Origin: Octopus vulgaris
Lineage: Eukaryota
NCBI GenBank assembly: GCA_951406725.2
Contig: OX597830.1
Coordinates: 20,894,001-20,958,000, forward strand
Direction: 5' to 3'
DNA: 64,000 nucleotides
Shown: piece after piece, positions 13,012-25,660 of the stretch
How the letters are laid out: each line of letters opens with the position of its first letter
How positions within the stretch are numbered: position 1 is the first letter of the stretch
Made by a program: the position numbers and the translations under genes
The notes under the pieces: generated by a model
The model's database searches: none
What the model was told of the DNA's origin: nothing
The model's input: the letters and a program-made list of their open reading frames with translations, nothing else

Positions 13012-13265
13012 GGATACTTTCAGAAAATGTTTCACACTTATATTTAATGAGCTTGGCTTAATTATAACCATGGATACCAATTTAACGATAACTAAATTTC
13101 TAAACGTAACATTAGATTTAAAGGCAGTGAAACGTAACCTTCATAGAAATCTAAACGAGAAAACTATGTACATCAACAAATATTCCAATCACTCCTGTCC
13201 CACCTTTGCTATAAAAAAGAACCTGGTAGCAGGAGAATCACCGAGTTATTCTAAGAAAAGTATTT
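13012..13265 (+). mobile_element. Penelope-like reverse transcriptase fragment
   Basis: IFNELGLIITMDTNLTITKFLNVTLDL...MYINKYSNH resembles the PLE RT C-terminal F.LGL.IT...FLDVTLDL...YI...SNHP pattern. Confidence 0.65.
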
Positions 13266-13713
13266 AACGTTGGCTCTTTGTTCCAACTTCCTGACCATGA
13301 CAAAAAATCGCAGACTACAGCGTACACGTGATCACAAAAACACAAATTTCACAACTTGTGAAGTTACCACATCGATGTCGCTCGACACACCGCCCTCTGG
13401 AAGGCCACTGCAAGCTCTCACCGCGCATGCAACCGTGCGCTGCCATCTGTTGGTGAGCTACACATACAGCAACACGCCAAGTTAACAAATTCATAACGGA
13501 AGACAAAAACGATGTGTGCATGTGTGTGCGTTCACGTGCTTGTGTGTGCGCGTGTGTATGTGTATGTGTTCGCATCTGTGTTACCTATAAATTTGCAGCT
13601 AGAGAAAACAAGTAACACAGCCACAAAAACATCCGGACGTACAAAGGTCAAACAGAGAGGAAAAAGTTTTAAAACCACAACACTTAAACGTTCTATTGGT
13701 TCTTTATCACTCT

Positions 13714-13767
<54 letters not shown>

Positions 13768-14044
13768 TTCTCACATACATACATTTATACACACGCATAC
13801 TCACATATATACATACATTTAAACCATTGTCTTCCTATCTACGTTTTTCTCTTTGTCTGTCTCTGTCTGTCACCATCTCTCTCACTAGGTTTCTCTCTCA
13901 CAAACGCACACATACATACATACATACATACATACATACATACATACATACATACATACATACATACATACATACATACATACACACTTTCACACGCACA
14001 CATTCATGCACAGGTGCGACTCACATCTACCTTTTCTCCATACC

Positions 14045-14970
14045 TGTGATGTTAGAGGTGCGAGAGCATAGGAGGAACCTAGTTTCAATGTGGCTAGACT
14101 ACAAGAAAGCTTTTGACTCTGTTCCCTACTCATGGATACTAGAATCCCTTCAAATTTGCTTAAGTTCCAGTGAGAATAGTTAATGCCATAGCTGACCTGA
14201 CTTCATCTTGGGCCACCGTCTTGAAATTAAACACAAACAGTGGATGTATTATCACCGATAGAATACAGTATCGCAAAGGAATATTCCAAGGAGACAACAT
14301 CTCTGATGTTTATACTTTCTATAAACCCCTTGTCTTTCATGTTAAGGAAGTCTGAAGGATATCACACTGGTTCACAAGGAAACAGAAATACCAAAATTGC
14401 TCACTGTGTTCTTTGTGGATGACTTGAAACTTTATGCAAAGAATATGCATGAGATGAAAAGGGACCTTGACTTTGACATTCTCAAAGGATGTAGGGTTGC
14501 AGTCTGGTCAGGATAAATATTGTTACATGATTGTGAGAAGAGGGAACACTATAAACCAAACTAGTATCATCTCCATTAATGATTTGACTGTGTCCCCTGC
14601 ATCTGATGAGAAATGTTATAGGTATCTAGAGGTGGATGAAAATTTATCTTACAGTGGCACCTGTAACAAAACACGTGTCACTAAATAATATTACAGCCGA
14701 ATAAAGATAAATTTGGACCTCAGAACTCTCTGCATTCAATAAAACAGTGACATACAATGTTCTTGCAGTACCAGTGCTCACACCAACATTTGGGCTGCTT
14801 GATTGAACGCTTGATGATATCCGAGTCATTGATGTGAAAACCCGAAAAATACTAACAACCACTTTTAATTTCCACCTAAACTGTGGTGTAGACCGCCCCT
14901 ACCTAAAACGAAAACAAGGCAGATCCAAAATGCCTTTGGATGTCGCATCATATGTCTTCGGCAGCATCTT
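14045..14970 (+). mobile_element. Decayed R4/Dong-like (RLE-class) non-LTR retrotransposon RT fragment
   Basis: Frameshifted motifs NLVSMWLDYKKAFDSVPYSWI, KGIFQGD, FILSINPLS, FVDDLKLYAKN, YRYLEVDE, AVPVLTPTFG. Confidence 0.8.
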
Positions 14971-14984
14971 TTAACCACAACACG

Positions 14985-15480
14985 TGCTTATACCTGTCTC
15001 CTTTCATAAGCTCGTCTTCCTAGCGTTCATAATAATTTTTCTATCGTCTTGACTAAACAGCCCTCACCGTTTGTTTTTACTGTCTTGTTCTCACTCTCCT
15101 GTTCTTGTTACCACTTTCACCCTCCGCTAAAAATCCCAAATTTGATTTAATTTGCTTTGCGGGAAGGACTGTTTCAACGAAGTCGCGTATTATCCTTGCC
15201 TTCGAAAATGCAGAGTAGATGAAACAGGGACAACTGAAGAAGGGGAATATTCTTTATGGTGCATGTCTCGTTTCTCTGTTTGTTTGTTTTTTTTTTTCGT
15301 TGTTAGAAAAAAAGTTCGTTTTCTATGTTTTTGTTTTTATGTTTTCGTTTCACATTGTGTTCAACGTTTTTATTTTGATGTCCTGTACCCATATATGCAT
15401 GTATATATACATATATATGTAGGTATGTACATATATGTATGTATATATGCATATATTTATATATTATTTATAATATTATT
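14985..15480 (+). mobile_element. Putative Penelope-like terminal fragment running into (TA)n
   Basis: 15131-15242 is duplicated at 16092-16203; the tail resembles 11901-11980 and, inverted, 46911-46990. Confidence 0.45.
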
Positions 15481-15556
15481 ATATATATATACACATATAT
15501 ATACACAAATACACACACACGAACACACACATATATGCAAATATATATATATTCAA

Positions 15557-15591
<35 letters not shown>

Positions 15592-15657
15592 TATATATAC
15601 TAATATATGTATATATGTATATATATATATATATACAATTATATACACCAATATATG

Positions 15658-15737
<80 letters not shown>

Positions 15738-15781
15738 CAAATATATATGTATACATATATCTATCTATCTATATATATATA

Positions 15782-15820
<39 letters not shown>

Positions 15821-15910
15821 GTTGTGTCTGGGGAGAATCATTCCTTTTTATTGCCTTATAATTTAACACACTCACCAGTAAAATTCGAACTCATTTACTT
15901 ACTTATTTTT

Positions 15911-15947
15911 TGTAAAATTTTCGTTGTCTTGCAACCTTTTCAATAGT
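15911..15947 (-). ncRNA. Minimal hammerhead-like motif, U3-A8 variant (weak stem I), inside the fold-back 15820-16050
   Basis: Minus strand ACTA-TTGAAAA-G-GTTG(caaga)CAAC-GAA-AATT-T-TACA. Confidence 0.45.
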
Positions 15948-16240
15948 TTGCAAAGGTTGCAAGAAAAATAAGTAAGTCGATGAGTACGAATTTACCGGTG
16001 AGTGTTAAATTATAAGGCAATAAAAAGAAATGGCTCTCCCCAAAGACAACTGAATAACCTTCAACACACGAACTGACATAAAGAATCTTGCAAATCCCAA
16101 ATTTGATTTAATTTGCTTTGCGGGAAGCACTGTTTCAACGAACTCGCGTATTATCCTTGCCTTCGAAAATGCAGAGTAGATGAAACAGGGACAACTGAAG
16201 AAGTGTGTGTGTGTACTGTTGTGTCTGGGGAGAATCATTC

Positions 16241-16335
<95 letters not shown>

Positions 16336-16437
16336 CAAAATAGGATAAAATCTTTATAAGAATTTATCAAATAGTCAGCGTGAAAAACCTCATAAGAGAA
16401 ACCATCCACCAATTTTTTCACTTAAATATATTTATTT

Positions 16438-16831
16438 ATATTATATAGAGGGCATTATACACATAAATGCCACATGCTAGGAGGGACTCTTAAAGTCGAA
16501 ACTACTAAAATAGATAAACACATCGTACCGAATGCAACTCTCGAAGCAAGTCATTTAAAAACAGAATTTAGCTGCAGATCACTGTGATTTCACAATCAGT
16601 GCAATGGTGCATACTTTACTCATCAGTGCAAGCATAATTCAAGATTTATAATGAATGAACAAAATCAACATACCAGACGAACAAAAATCATACTCTGTTA
16701 TAAAGATCAGCTACCCTGCAGATATGACTTGCTTCGAGAGTTGCATTCGGTACGATGTGTTTATTTATTTCTGTAGTTTTGACTTTAAGAGTCCCGCCTA
16801 GCGTGTAGCATTTATGTGTAGCAATGCCCTC

Positions 16832-16840
<9 letters not shown>
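16438..16840. repeat. ~115-bp inverted repeat arms (16438-16554 / 16723-16840) enclosing the hammerhead
   Basis: GAGGGCATT...CTCTCGAAGCAAGTCAT mirrored by ATGACTTGCTTCGAGAG...AATGCCCTC. Confidence 0.85.
16571..16633 (-). ncRNA. Type I hammerhead ribozyme motif with canonical CUGAUGA core
   Basis: Minus strand GCTTGCA-CTGATGA-GTAAAGTATGCA(ccat)TGCACTGATTGT-GAA-ATCAC(a)GTGAT-C-TGCAGC; AUC cleavage triplet; G10.1-U11.1 wobble. Confidence 0.7.
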
Positions 16841-16862
<22 letters not shown>

Positions 16863-16864
16863 AG

Positions 16865-17185
16865 GTCCTCCGTCGTTTACGACGACGAGGCTTTCAGTTG
16901 ATCCAATCAATGGAACAGGCAGCTCGTGAAATTAACGTGCAAGTGGCTGCGCACTCCACAGACATGTGTACCCTTATCGTAGTTCTTGGGGAGATTCAGC
17001 CTGACACAGAGTGTGACAAGGCTGGTACCTTGAAATGCAGAAACATGAGGAAAGAATGAGAGACATTTGTGGTGAAAGAATGCAGTAGGGAGCGCCACCA
17101 CGCTCTGATGGAGCCTCGTGGAACTTTAAGCGTTTTCACTCAATAAAAACTCACAACGCCCGGTGTGGGAATCGAAACCGCGATT
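16865..17185 (-). mobile_element. SINE family D 3' part joined to a family C fragment
   Basis: 16865-17035 is the inverse of 27545-27610 plus 28172-28230; 17055-17185 matches family C. Confidence 0.6.
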
Positions 17186-17303
17186 TCGCCTCAACACTCC
17201 TCCTTTCTGACATCTCTCTCTCTCTCACACTCAGATATACACACACTCACGGAAACTTTTATCCTCTCTCTCTCCCTCGCACACCGATGCACATACCAGC
17301 CTT

Positions 17304-17390
<87 letters not shown>

Positions 17391-17972
17391 ACACACACAC
17401 AAATGAGCGCGTGTGTGCCTGCCCACGTACATATGTACACCTGCATATACCTTTACATATATATGTGTATACACATTTCGAGATCACGAGTAGGCTACGG
17501 GCTTTGCACCATAGTTTAGATTAGCTGGTTGCACAAACCACACACACGACACTAATCGGTACATACACACACACACAGACACACATACCACAAAGTTCTG
17601 CTCTGTCTCTCCGTCTCGTACTTACACATACCACGCACAGACACATACATATCTATATGTGTGTGTGTGTTGTGTACATATACATACGTATATGCATATA
17701 TATGTATATACCACACACATATATACGTGTGTATAGCCCGAAACAGTAAAGACTTCTGGCATACATGACTGATGAAAGAAGGCCACAAAAGACCCGTCTT
17801 TTTTTCTTTTCTTGTCCTTCTAATTATTTCTCCTGTCCACCTTTGTATCGTATATCTGTCCGAATGTTTTATTGTCCTCTATTGCGTTTTTGTTCCATAT
17901 AAATATATATATACATATATATATAGTTTGTTCTATATATATATATATATATATACATATATATATAGTTTG

Positions 17973-18015
<43 letters not shown>

Positions 18016-18016
<1 letters not shown>

Positions 18017-18528
18017 TAGCAGTATCGCCCGGCGTTGCTCGGGTTTGTAAGGGAAATAACTATATAAGCATTTTTAGAGAGTTACTTCCCTTATAGATGC
18101 CAATTCGGGCTTTCTTAGTCATTTCTGTTTTGGTGTCTTCAAGCCATGAAGTCGTTGTTCTAAAAGAACGCTGGTCTCCTTGACAACGCTTTACGACGTT
18201 GATTTCCTTACACTCCCTTCCCCACAGCTTCACGAGGGAGGGAAGAAGGGGGAGAAGCAAACAGGTGCAGGTGTGACCGTGGACGCCAACTCCGCCGCCA
18301 TCGACACACGAAAAATTATGCATTAAAATGGAATAAAAAATGATGTTAAATTATTTTAAAAATCGTAGACTCATCGTAGACGCGCGCTAATAGCCAGACT
18401 GGCTCGATATGAATTACGACTATAAGATACCCGAATTTGGTTAAACTGCACCGCAAAATGTGGGAGTAGTTAGGAATCTAAATCGAAGGGGATAGACACT
18501 CACACAACTACAGTTTTATATATATAGA
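18016..18528 (-). mobile_element. Non-autonomous Helitron
   Basis: Minus strand starts TCTATATATATAAAA and ends with the hairpin CCCGAGCAACGCCGGG followed by CTAG; inserted between A and T in (TA)n, no TSD. Confidence 0.85.
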
Positions 18529-18547
18529 TATATATATATTACGGAGA

Positions 18548-18598
18548 TTTGTCAGTGAACAGGTCGCGGTCTCAAAGCGACGAAAATATTTTGTCACA
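18548..18598 (+). ncRNA. Minimal hammerhead-like motif, G3-C8 variant (second copy; fragment 18541-18680)
   Basis: TTTGTCA-GTGAACA-G-GTCGC(ggtctcaaa)GCGAC-GAA-AATATT-T-TGTCACA; palindromic stem III; two mismatches in stem I. Confidence 0.55.
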
Positions 18599-18775
18599 TT
18601 AAATTTAAATGTTGAAGTGAATCGAACGGTTTTTGTGTGTTTCTTAAATGGCTTATAAACACCTTCCACGCTGCAATTATATATATATATAAATAGTTTG
18701 AAAAGTTGCAAGAAAAATAAATGAGCGCAAATTTTACCGGTGAGTGTGTTAAATTATAAGGCAATAAAAAGGAAA

Positions 18776-18815
<40 letters not shown>

Positions 18816-18820
<5 letters not shown>

Positions 18821-19205
18821 GGAGTGGTTGTGTGGTAAGAAGCTTACACGGTTCTGGGTTATGCATAGCACCTTGGGCCAATGTCTTCTACTATAGCCTC
18901 GGGCCTACCAAAGCCTTGTGAGTGGATTTGGTAGACGGAAACTGAGAGAAGCCCGTCGTACATATATATGTTTATATCTATGAGCGTCTATGTTTGTCCC
19001 CACCCCTTCACCGTTTGACAACCGGTGTTGGTGTGTTTATGTCCCCGTAACATAGCGGCTATGCAAAAGAGTTCGATAGAATAAAGCACTTGGCTTAAAT
19101 AAAAATTTTAAAAAAAGGTATTGGGGTCGATACATTCGACTATAAATTCTTCAAGGCGGTGCCCCAGCATGACCGCAGTCTAATAACTGAAACGAAAGAG
19201 ATTAA
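18816..19205 (+). mobile_element. SINE family A
   Basis: Head, body and tail present, diverged. Confidence 0.85.
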
Positions 19206-19408
19206 AAGTTTTATGTATCCACAAGCAGACAATTTCTTGTGTCTTTGATATACACTCCTCCTTTTTGACATCTCTCTCTCTCTCTCTCTCACTCAGACAA
19301 ACGCACTCACACTCACACTCACACTCGCCTCTTTTCGCTCTTCCTCGCACACCGATACACATACCAACCTTCAATGTCTGTATGCCTGCCTCTTCTGTCA
19401 TTTTCTTA

Positions 19409-19445
<37 letters not shown>

Positions 19446-19454
19446 ACAGACACA

Positions 19455-19515
<61 letters not shown>

Positions 19516-19662
19516 ACACACACACTTATTCACCTCGCAGACCACAGCTCACTATGAACGAAGGCGCCTTCGCGTAGTTACTTGATCTGCTAGAAATAAC
19601 AGCCAGTTTCTCCCAAAGTCAAACTTAATCATCTTAACAAGAGAGAAAAGAGAGAGCGGGGT

Positions 19663-19694
<32 letters not shown>

Positions 19695-20330
19695 CAGAGA
19701 AAGAGAGAGACGTTTGTATAATGTAGTCCTACGTTCCGTACATATAGAAGAAAATTTGATGATCAGTTCACGGCCGGAATGTTTTTGATCATAGCTCAAA
19801 CATGCAGCTGAACATGCAGCATCAACGAGCTGAACATGCAGCATCAACGGCAGTATGCACCATTATTCTAGGTTACACAGACACAAACAGGCTGTCCACA
19901 TTCCTGGGTCTCACTTTTAAAAGTTGAACACACCTCTGTGGTGACATATTTTTCAAGTTGTGTTCCGTGCGCGCAATAATGTGAGAGCGACAAGTAGAGA
20001 GAGAGAGCGAGGTAGAGAGAGAGAAACAGTGTGTGAGTGATGAAAGAGTGCACGTGTGATGGGAGAAAAAGAGAGAGAGAGAGAGAGAGAGGAAGAGAAC
20101 GAAAGAGAGAGAAAGAGAGGGAGGTAATGAGGGGAGGGAAGCGGTGTGCGTGTGAGTGTTAAGTGACTTTATACATTACGTCACATCCTAAAACTGTATT
20201 CTGCGTGTGTGCATGTTACTACCTTTCACCTATATGCCTCTTTGTGTGTGTGTTGTATGTATGTATGTATGTACGTGTGTGTATTGTAATATGCGTATGT
20301 GAAAGTCTCTCACTCTGCCTCTCTCTTTCA

Positions 20331-20376
<46 letters not shown>

Positions 20377-20378
<2 letters not shown>

Positions 20379-21142
20379 CTCTTTTACTTGTTTCAGTCAT
20401 TTGACTGTGGCCATGCTGGGGCACTGCCTTTTAGTCGAGCAAATCGACCCCAGGACTTATTCTCTGTAAGCCTGTATTTATTCTATCGGTCTCTTTTGCC
20501 GAACCGCTAACTTACGGGGACGTAAACACACCAAGCAAGGTTTGGGGGACAAGCAGACACGCAAACATTTACACACACACACCTATATATATACACACAT
20601 ATATACGATGGGCTTCTTTTAGTTTCTGTCCACCAAATCCACTCACAAGGCTTTGGTCGGCCCGAGGCTATAGTAGAAGACACTTGCCCAAGGTGCCACG
20701 CAGTGAGACTGAACCCGAAACCATGTGGTTCGTAAGCAAGCTACTTACCACACAGCCACTCTTATTCTTTTATTATAATTCGGGCATGTGACTGCGACCA
20801 TGGTGGAGCACCAACTTAAGTGGGGTTTTAGTCGAACAAATCGATCCCGGGATTTATTCTTTATAAGCCTAGTACTTATTCTGTCGGTCTCTTATGCCAA
20901 ACCGCTATGTTACGTGGACATAAACACACCAACGTTGATTGTCAAGCGACAGTGGGGTACGAACACAAACATAAATACATTCATATATACGACGGGCTTC
21001 TTTCAGTTTCCGTCTACCAAATCCATTCGTAGGGCTTTGATCGGCCCGAGGCTATAGTAGAAGACACTTGCCCAATGTGCCACGCAGTGGGACTGAACCC
21101 GGAACCATGTGTTTGGGAAGCAAGCTTCTTACCACACAGCCA
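20377..21142 (-). mobile_element. Two head-to-tail SINE family A copies (20377-20761, 20762-21142)
   Basis: Two CCACACAGCCAC head ends at ~20760 and ~21142. Confidence 0.85.
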
Positions 21143-21344
21143 CGTCTGTGTATGTATATATGTATGTACGTAGTATATATGTGTGTGTAAACCTCTCTCT
21201 ATATATATGGATATATATGTGTGTGTGTAGGTATGTGTTATGTATCAATGTTTCTATTTGTAGGTGTCTATACCTGTATGTGTGTGTGTGAGTGTCTTTA
21301 TGTAAGTATGTATGTATGTATGTATATATGTATGTATGTATATA

Positions 21345-21740
21345 TTCTTTTATTCGTTTCCTTGTTTCACTCAGTTGACTGCGGCCATGCTGGATTACCG
21401 CCTTGAAGGGTTTTAGTCGAACCAATCGACTTTTTTGTGTGCCTGAATTATTCTATCGGTCTGTTTTGCCGAACCGCTAAGTTACGGGAGACGTAAACAC
21501 ACTAACACTGGTTGTCAAGCAGTTGTGGATGTCAAACACAGATACAATGACGCACACACATACATACACACATACATACACACATACATACATACATACA
21601 TACATACATACATACATACATACATACATACATACATACATACATACACATACGTGCACACACATATATATACGACGGGCTTCTTTCAGTTTTCATCTAC
21701 CAAATCCACTCACAATGCTTTGGTCGGCCCGAAGCTATAG
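21345..21740 (-). mobile_element. SINE family A, 5'-truncated, with expanded (CATA)n
   Basis: Family A body without the tRNA-like head. Confidence 0.8.
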
Positions 21741-21995
21741 AAGGCACCAGCATCTTGGCGTCGTGTCCCTTTACAATATTTTCAGGTCGGCTCAAATCGT
21801 GTGAAGGAAACTTGATAGACGGAAACTGTGAGAGGAGAACCTATCGAATGGATTGTCTCAGTATTTCAAAGGATTATCCTGTGTCACGCAGTTACTGCTT
21901 AGAAATTATCTTCGGTGTCAAACGTCTGGCAGGTTTAAGTATCTGTAGAGAACTCGGTCATATAATAATTTCAATGAGAAAAATCTCTTAGTTAA

Positions 21996-22043
21996 TCTTC
22001 AGTCGCGTTCTACGAAGAGTTCTTCGTAGAACGCGACTGAAGA
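21996..22043. repeat. Perfect 23-bp inverted repeat with a 2-nt spacer
   Basis: TCTTCAGTCGCGTTCTACGAAGA-gt-TCTTCGTAGAACGCGACTGAAGA. Confidence 0.95.
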
Positions 22044-22388
22044 CACATTTAATTGATTGTTTATTTAAGCATCCGTCTATTCGGGAACTTGTTCTAACTT
22101 TCTTCTATCTATTCATTTAGCTAGACTGCTAGCTATTTATATATATAAATGCTTAATATATTTATATTTATAAACAACATTTATGTTAATATATATATTT
22201 ATATATATATATATAGCTATCCACTTGTCTATCCTTTTTTTTTTCTCTCGATATATCCGTTTATCTCAGCCGGAAAGCTAATCGTCCGTCTAGAGCGACG
22301 GGACCCATTTAAATCTTTAATTATCTACGTATTCCCTATTCAGGAACTTATCTAAATTTCTATTCATTTATCTATCAACCTATCTACC

Positions 22389-22420
<32 letters not shown>

Positions 22421-23130
22421 GCCATCTATCTATCCGTCTATCCACTTATTTTCGTCTGTCCAACATATCCGTGTCTCCATATTTATCCCTCTCTAACTTA
22501 ACAGATATTCAACAAGTTAACTTCTTTCAAAATTTCACACGTTTTCACACACACACACACACACATACACACACACGCACACACACACACACACACGCAC
22601 ACACACATACTCACACACACACACACACACACATACACACACACAAAGACACAAGTAAAAGAAACGACACAACACACACCTCTCTACTTTCTTCCATAGT
22701 CTAACTTATTTATAAACCACCTTCACCTCGTACTATCTCTTTCTATCCCTCGCACTCTCTTCTTTTTCTCTTATATTCCACCTTCTCTCTCTCCTTCTTG
22801 TCTCTGACTCTGTCTCTCACTTTCACTTTGTCTCTTTTGCTAAGTGTTCCTTCCTTTCTGCAATCAACTCTCTAATTAAACCATTCTTTTTCTATTCCTC
22901 TTATCTCCCACCAACACTTGACTCTCTCTCTCTCTCTCTTTGCCTCTCTTACTCCTCTACCGCTCTCTTTCTCCCTCCCCCTCCCTCTGTCTATCTGTTA
23001 ATCTGTCTCTCTCACCTTTTCTCTCTCCCTCTCTGCATCTACTGACACATCCTCTTTCAAAGCTATTTCGGTTGTCTTTCTCTCTATCAATTCTGTGTAC
23101 CACCCTCTCTATCTTTCACTCACTCCTTCG

Positions 23131-23165
<35 letters not shown>

Positions 23166-23285
23166 CCCTCTATACTACTTATCCTCTCCTAGTTTTTTTT
23201 TATCACTCTCTTCTATATTTACTTGTCATCCTGCTACTACGATTCTGTTGATGGAGACAAGAGACTTGTATACATACATGCATAC

Positions 23286-23316
<31 letters not shown>

Positions 23317-23334
23317 GCCTGGTCGGTCACGGTG

Positions 23335-23370
<36 letters not shown>

Positions 23371-23372
<2 letters not shown>

Positions 23373-23641
23373 CACCGTGACCGACCAGGCTATCAGATGT
23401 TGCTACACATCGCTGGTCACAATGCACTTCAAATGACGCCACCCCGCTGGCTAAGCGAGCAGGCCAACAGAAGAAAGAGTGAAAGAAAGTTGAGGCGAAA
23501 GACTACAACAGGGATCGCCACCACCCCCTGCCGGAGCCTCGTGGAGCTTTTGGGTGTTTTCGCTGAATAAACACTCACAAAGCCCGGTCTGGGAATCGAA
23601 ACCGCGAGTCCGCTGCCCTAACCACTGGGCCATTGCGCCTC

Positions 23642-23643
<2 letters not shown>
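23371..23643 (-). mobile_element. SINE family C with internal deletions
   Basis: Head GGAGGCGCAATGGCCCAGTGGTTAGGGCAGCGGACTCGCGG; body matches 5880-6010. Confidence 0.8.
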
Positions 23644-23681
<38 letters not shown>

Positions 23682-24844
23682 CATATATATGAGAGAGAGA
23701 GAGAGAGATTAATATACATCCATACATAACAGTTATACACACACAGTCACTGATACACACATACTGACACAGACACATTAACACAAACACAGAGAAACAT
23801 ATACATACGTCAGACGACAGCTTTACTTCACCTTGCGCTACACTTACATCTTATGGAAGCGGAATGTCGTCTCTAGTGACAGCAGAGCAAAAACTTTTCG
23901 TTAGTGCAATCGTCTACACTTATAAACACACATATGCTTACATATACACAAATTTATATACATTCTCAGTCATATATATATATATAATCTATATATATAT
24001 ATATATGTACTTATGCACACACACTTAAGCGCATTTTATTTTCACATACCAAATACACAACCATCAACTGTTGCAGGTTACACTCAACCTGGATGGGTCC
24101 CACTCAAATACCTCGGCTGTACTCTGACTTTTGAGAAGCGAGGTGTCTTACGCGATCATTCAACCTGTTAGAAATGGCAGTCAAATCTCTCTTAATTTAC
24201 AACCTGTAGGCTTTTGAAAACTTAAGGAACTCAGAGTAATGTAGTTTTAGATATATTGTGTCTGAACCTGAGAGAGGAGTTGTCTGCGTGCTCATTCGAC
24301 CTGTTAAAAACAGCCGATAGACTTAAAAAAAGAAAGGAATTTAAGAGTTGTGGAATCTTGTGTAAGTCTTAGATATATCACGTCTGAATAGAAACCAGGA
24401 TAGTCACGTCTGAAACATATTTGATCACAGATATACTGGACCAGGGCTAACCTGGACTAAACAAACAACAAAGATATTTTCTCACTGTGCTTACTCTTTC
24501 CACTTTACCTTAGTTTACCATCCTACTCTCTACTTATCCTCTTGTCTATCTCACACTATCCCCCCCCTTCACTCCCTTGCTCTATGCCTTAATTTCTACT
24601 CATCTCGTTTTATCTCTCTCTTTTCCTCTCTTGCTCTTTCACACTCCCCCTCTCTCTCTCTCTTCTACCTTTCACATAATTTTCCCTACAACACCTCCTA
24701 CCTCACTTAACCTCTCGCTACACCCCTCACGGTCTAAAGCGCTTTTGTATTCCTCCATCTTTTTTTTGTTGTTGTTGTTTAAACAACTTCTATTGTATTC
24801 TCTCCTGCAGTACTTTGTACTATTTCTTCTTCCATTCCTCACCA

Positions 24845-24890
<46 letters not shown>

Positions 24891-24911
24891 ATCTATCTAT
24901 CTGTCTATCTG

Positions 24912-24966
<55 letters not shown>

Positions 24967-25006
24967 GTCTGTCTGTCTGTCTGTCTATTTAAATATAGGT
25001 ATATAA

Positions 25007-25230
25007 TGTTTTACTTGTTTCAGTCATTGGATTGCGGCCATGCTGGGGCACCGCCTTGAAGAATTTTTTATCGGATGAACCACCCCTCCCCCTCCAGTAC
25101 TTATTTTTTTAAAGCGCTGGTACTTATTCTATCAGTCTTTTTGCCGAAGTGCTAAGTCACATAGATGTATACATACCAATAACAGTTGTCAGGAGGTGGT
25201 GGAGAACAGACACAAAGACACACGCATATA
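25007..25230 (-). mobile_element. SINE family A 3' half
   Basis: TTTTACTTGTTTCAGTCATT...GCGGCCATGCTGGGGCACCGCC. Confidence 0.75.
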
Positions 25231-25241
25231 CGTCTATATAT

Positions 25242-25660
25242 GGATATTTTCGGTTTGAACGGCAGTTTTTCAAAATAATTTCCACGTAACTAAACACTTT
25301 TAAACTTCGTATACTGGTAGAATGTGTTTATAAAACACCGTTTTCTCTTGGCTTTATTGAGAAAATTCTATAGTTTGTAAGATATTTGTTGTTTTTTCTT
25401 CAATTTCTGCAATTTCAACCAATCAATGACGTCTATTGAGGTAAAAAAAAAAATTCTGTGCCGTATGAATATGTCCCTCGTTTAAGAAACAGATTGGGTT
25501 TATTTACATTTGTGAAGAAAAAAAGATACCCTTCCCCCCACTCCTAACCCTAACCCTAAAACAAATTGAAATGCAATAGATCGATACTAGGGTCATAATT
25601 ATGGGTGACAATTTCATGTGACACCGCTAGAAAAAACTGCCGTTCAAACCGAAAAGATCC
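25242..25660. mobile_element. MITE with ~29-bp TIRs and 8-bp TSD
   Basis: GGATATTTTCGGTTTGAACGGCAGTTTTT...AAAAACTGCCGTTCAAACCGAAAAGATCC; TSD CTATATAT (25234-25241, 25661-25668); internal CCTAACCCTAACCCTAA. Confidence 0.9.

Noticed and set aside
15234-15260. CTGAAGA/CTGATGA at 15234, 16195 and 17769
   Set aside because: Not followed by stem II plus GAAA.
25543-25560. Interstitial telomere
   Set aside because: Only about three CCCTAA units, an internal part of a MITE.
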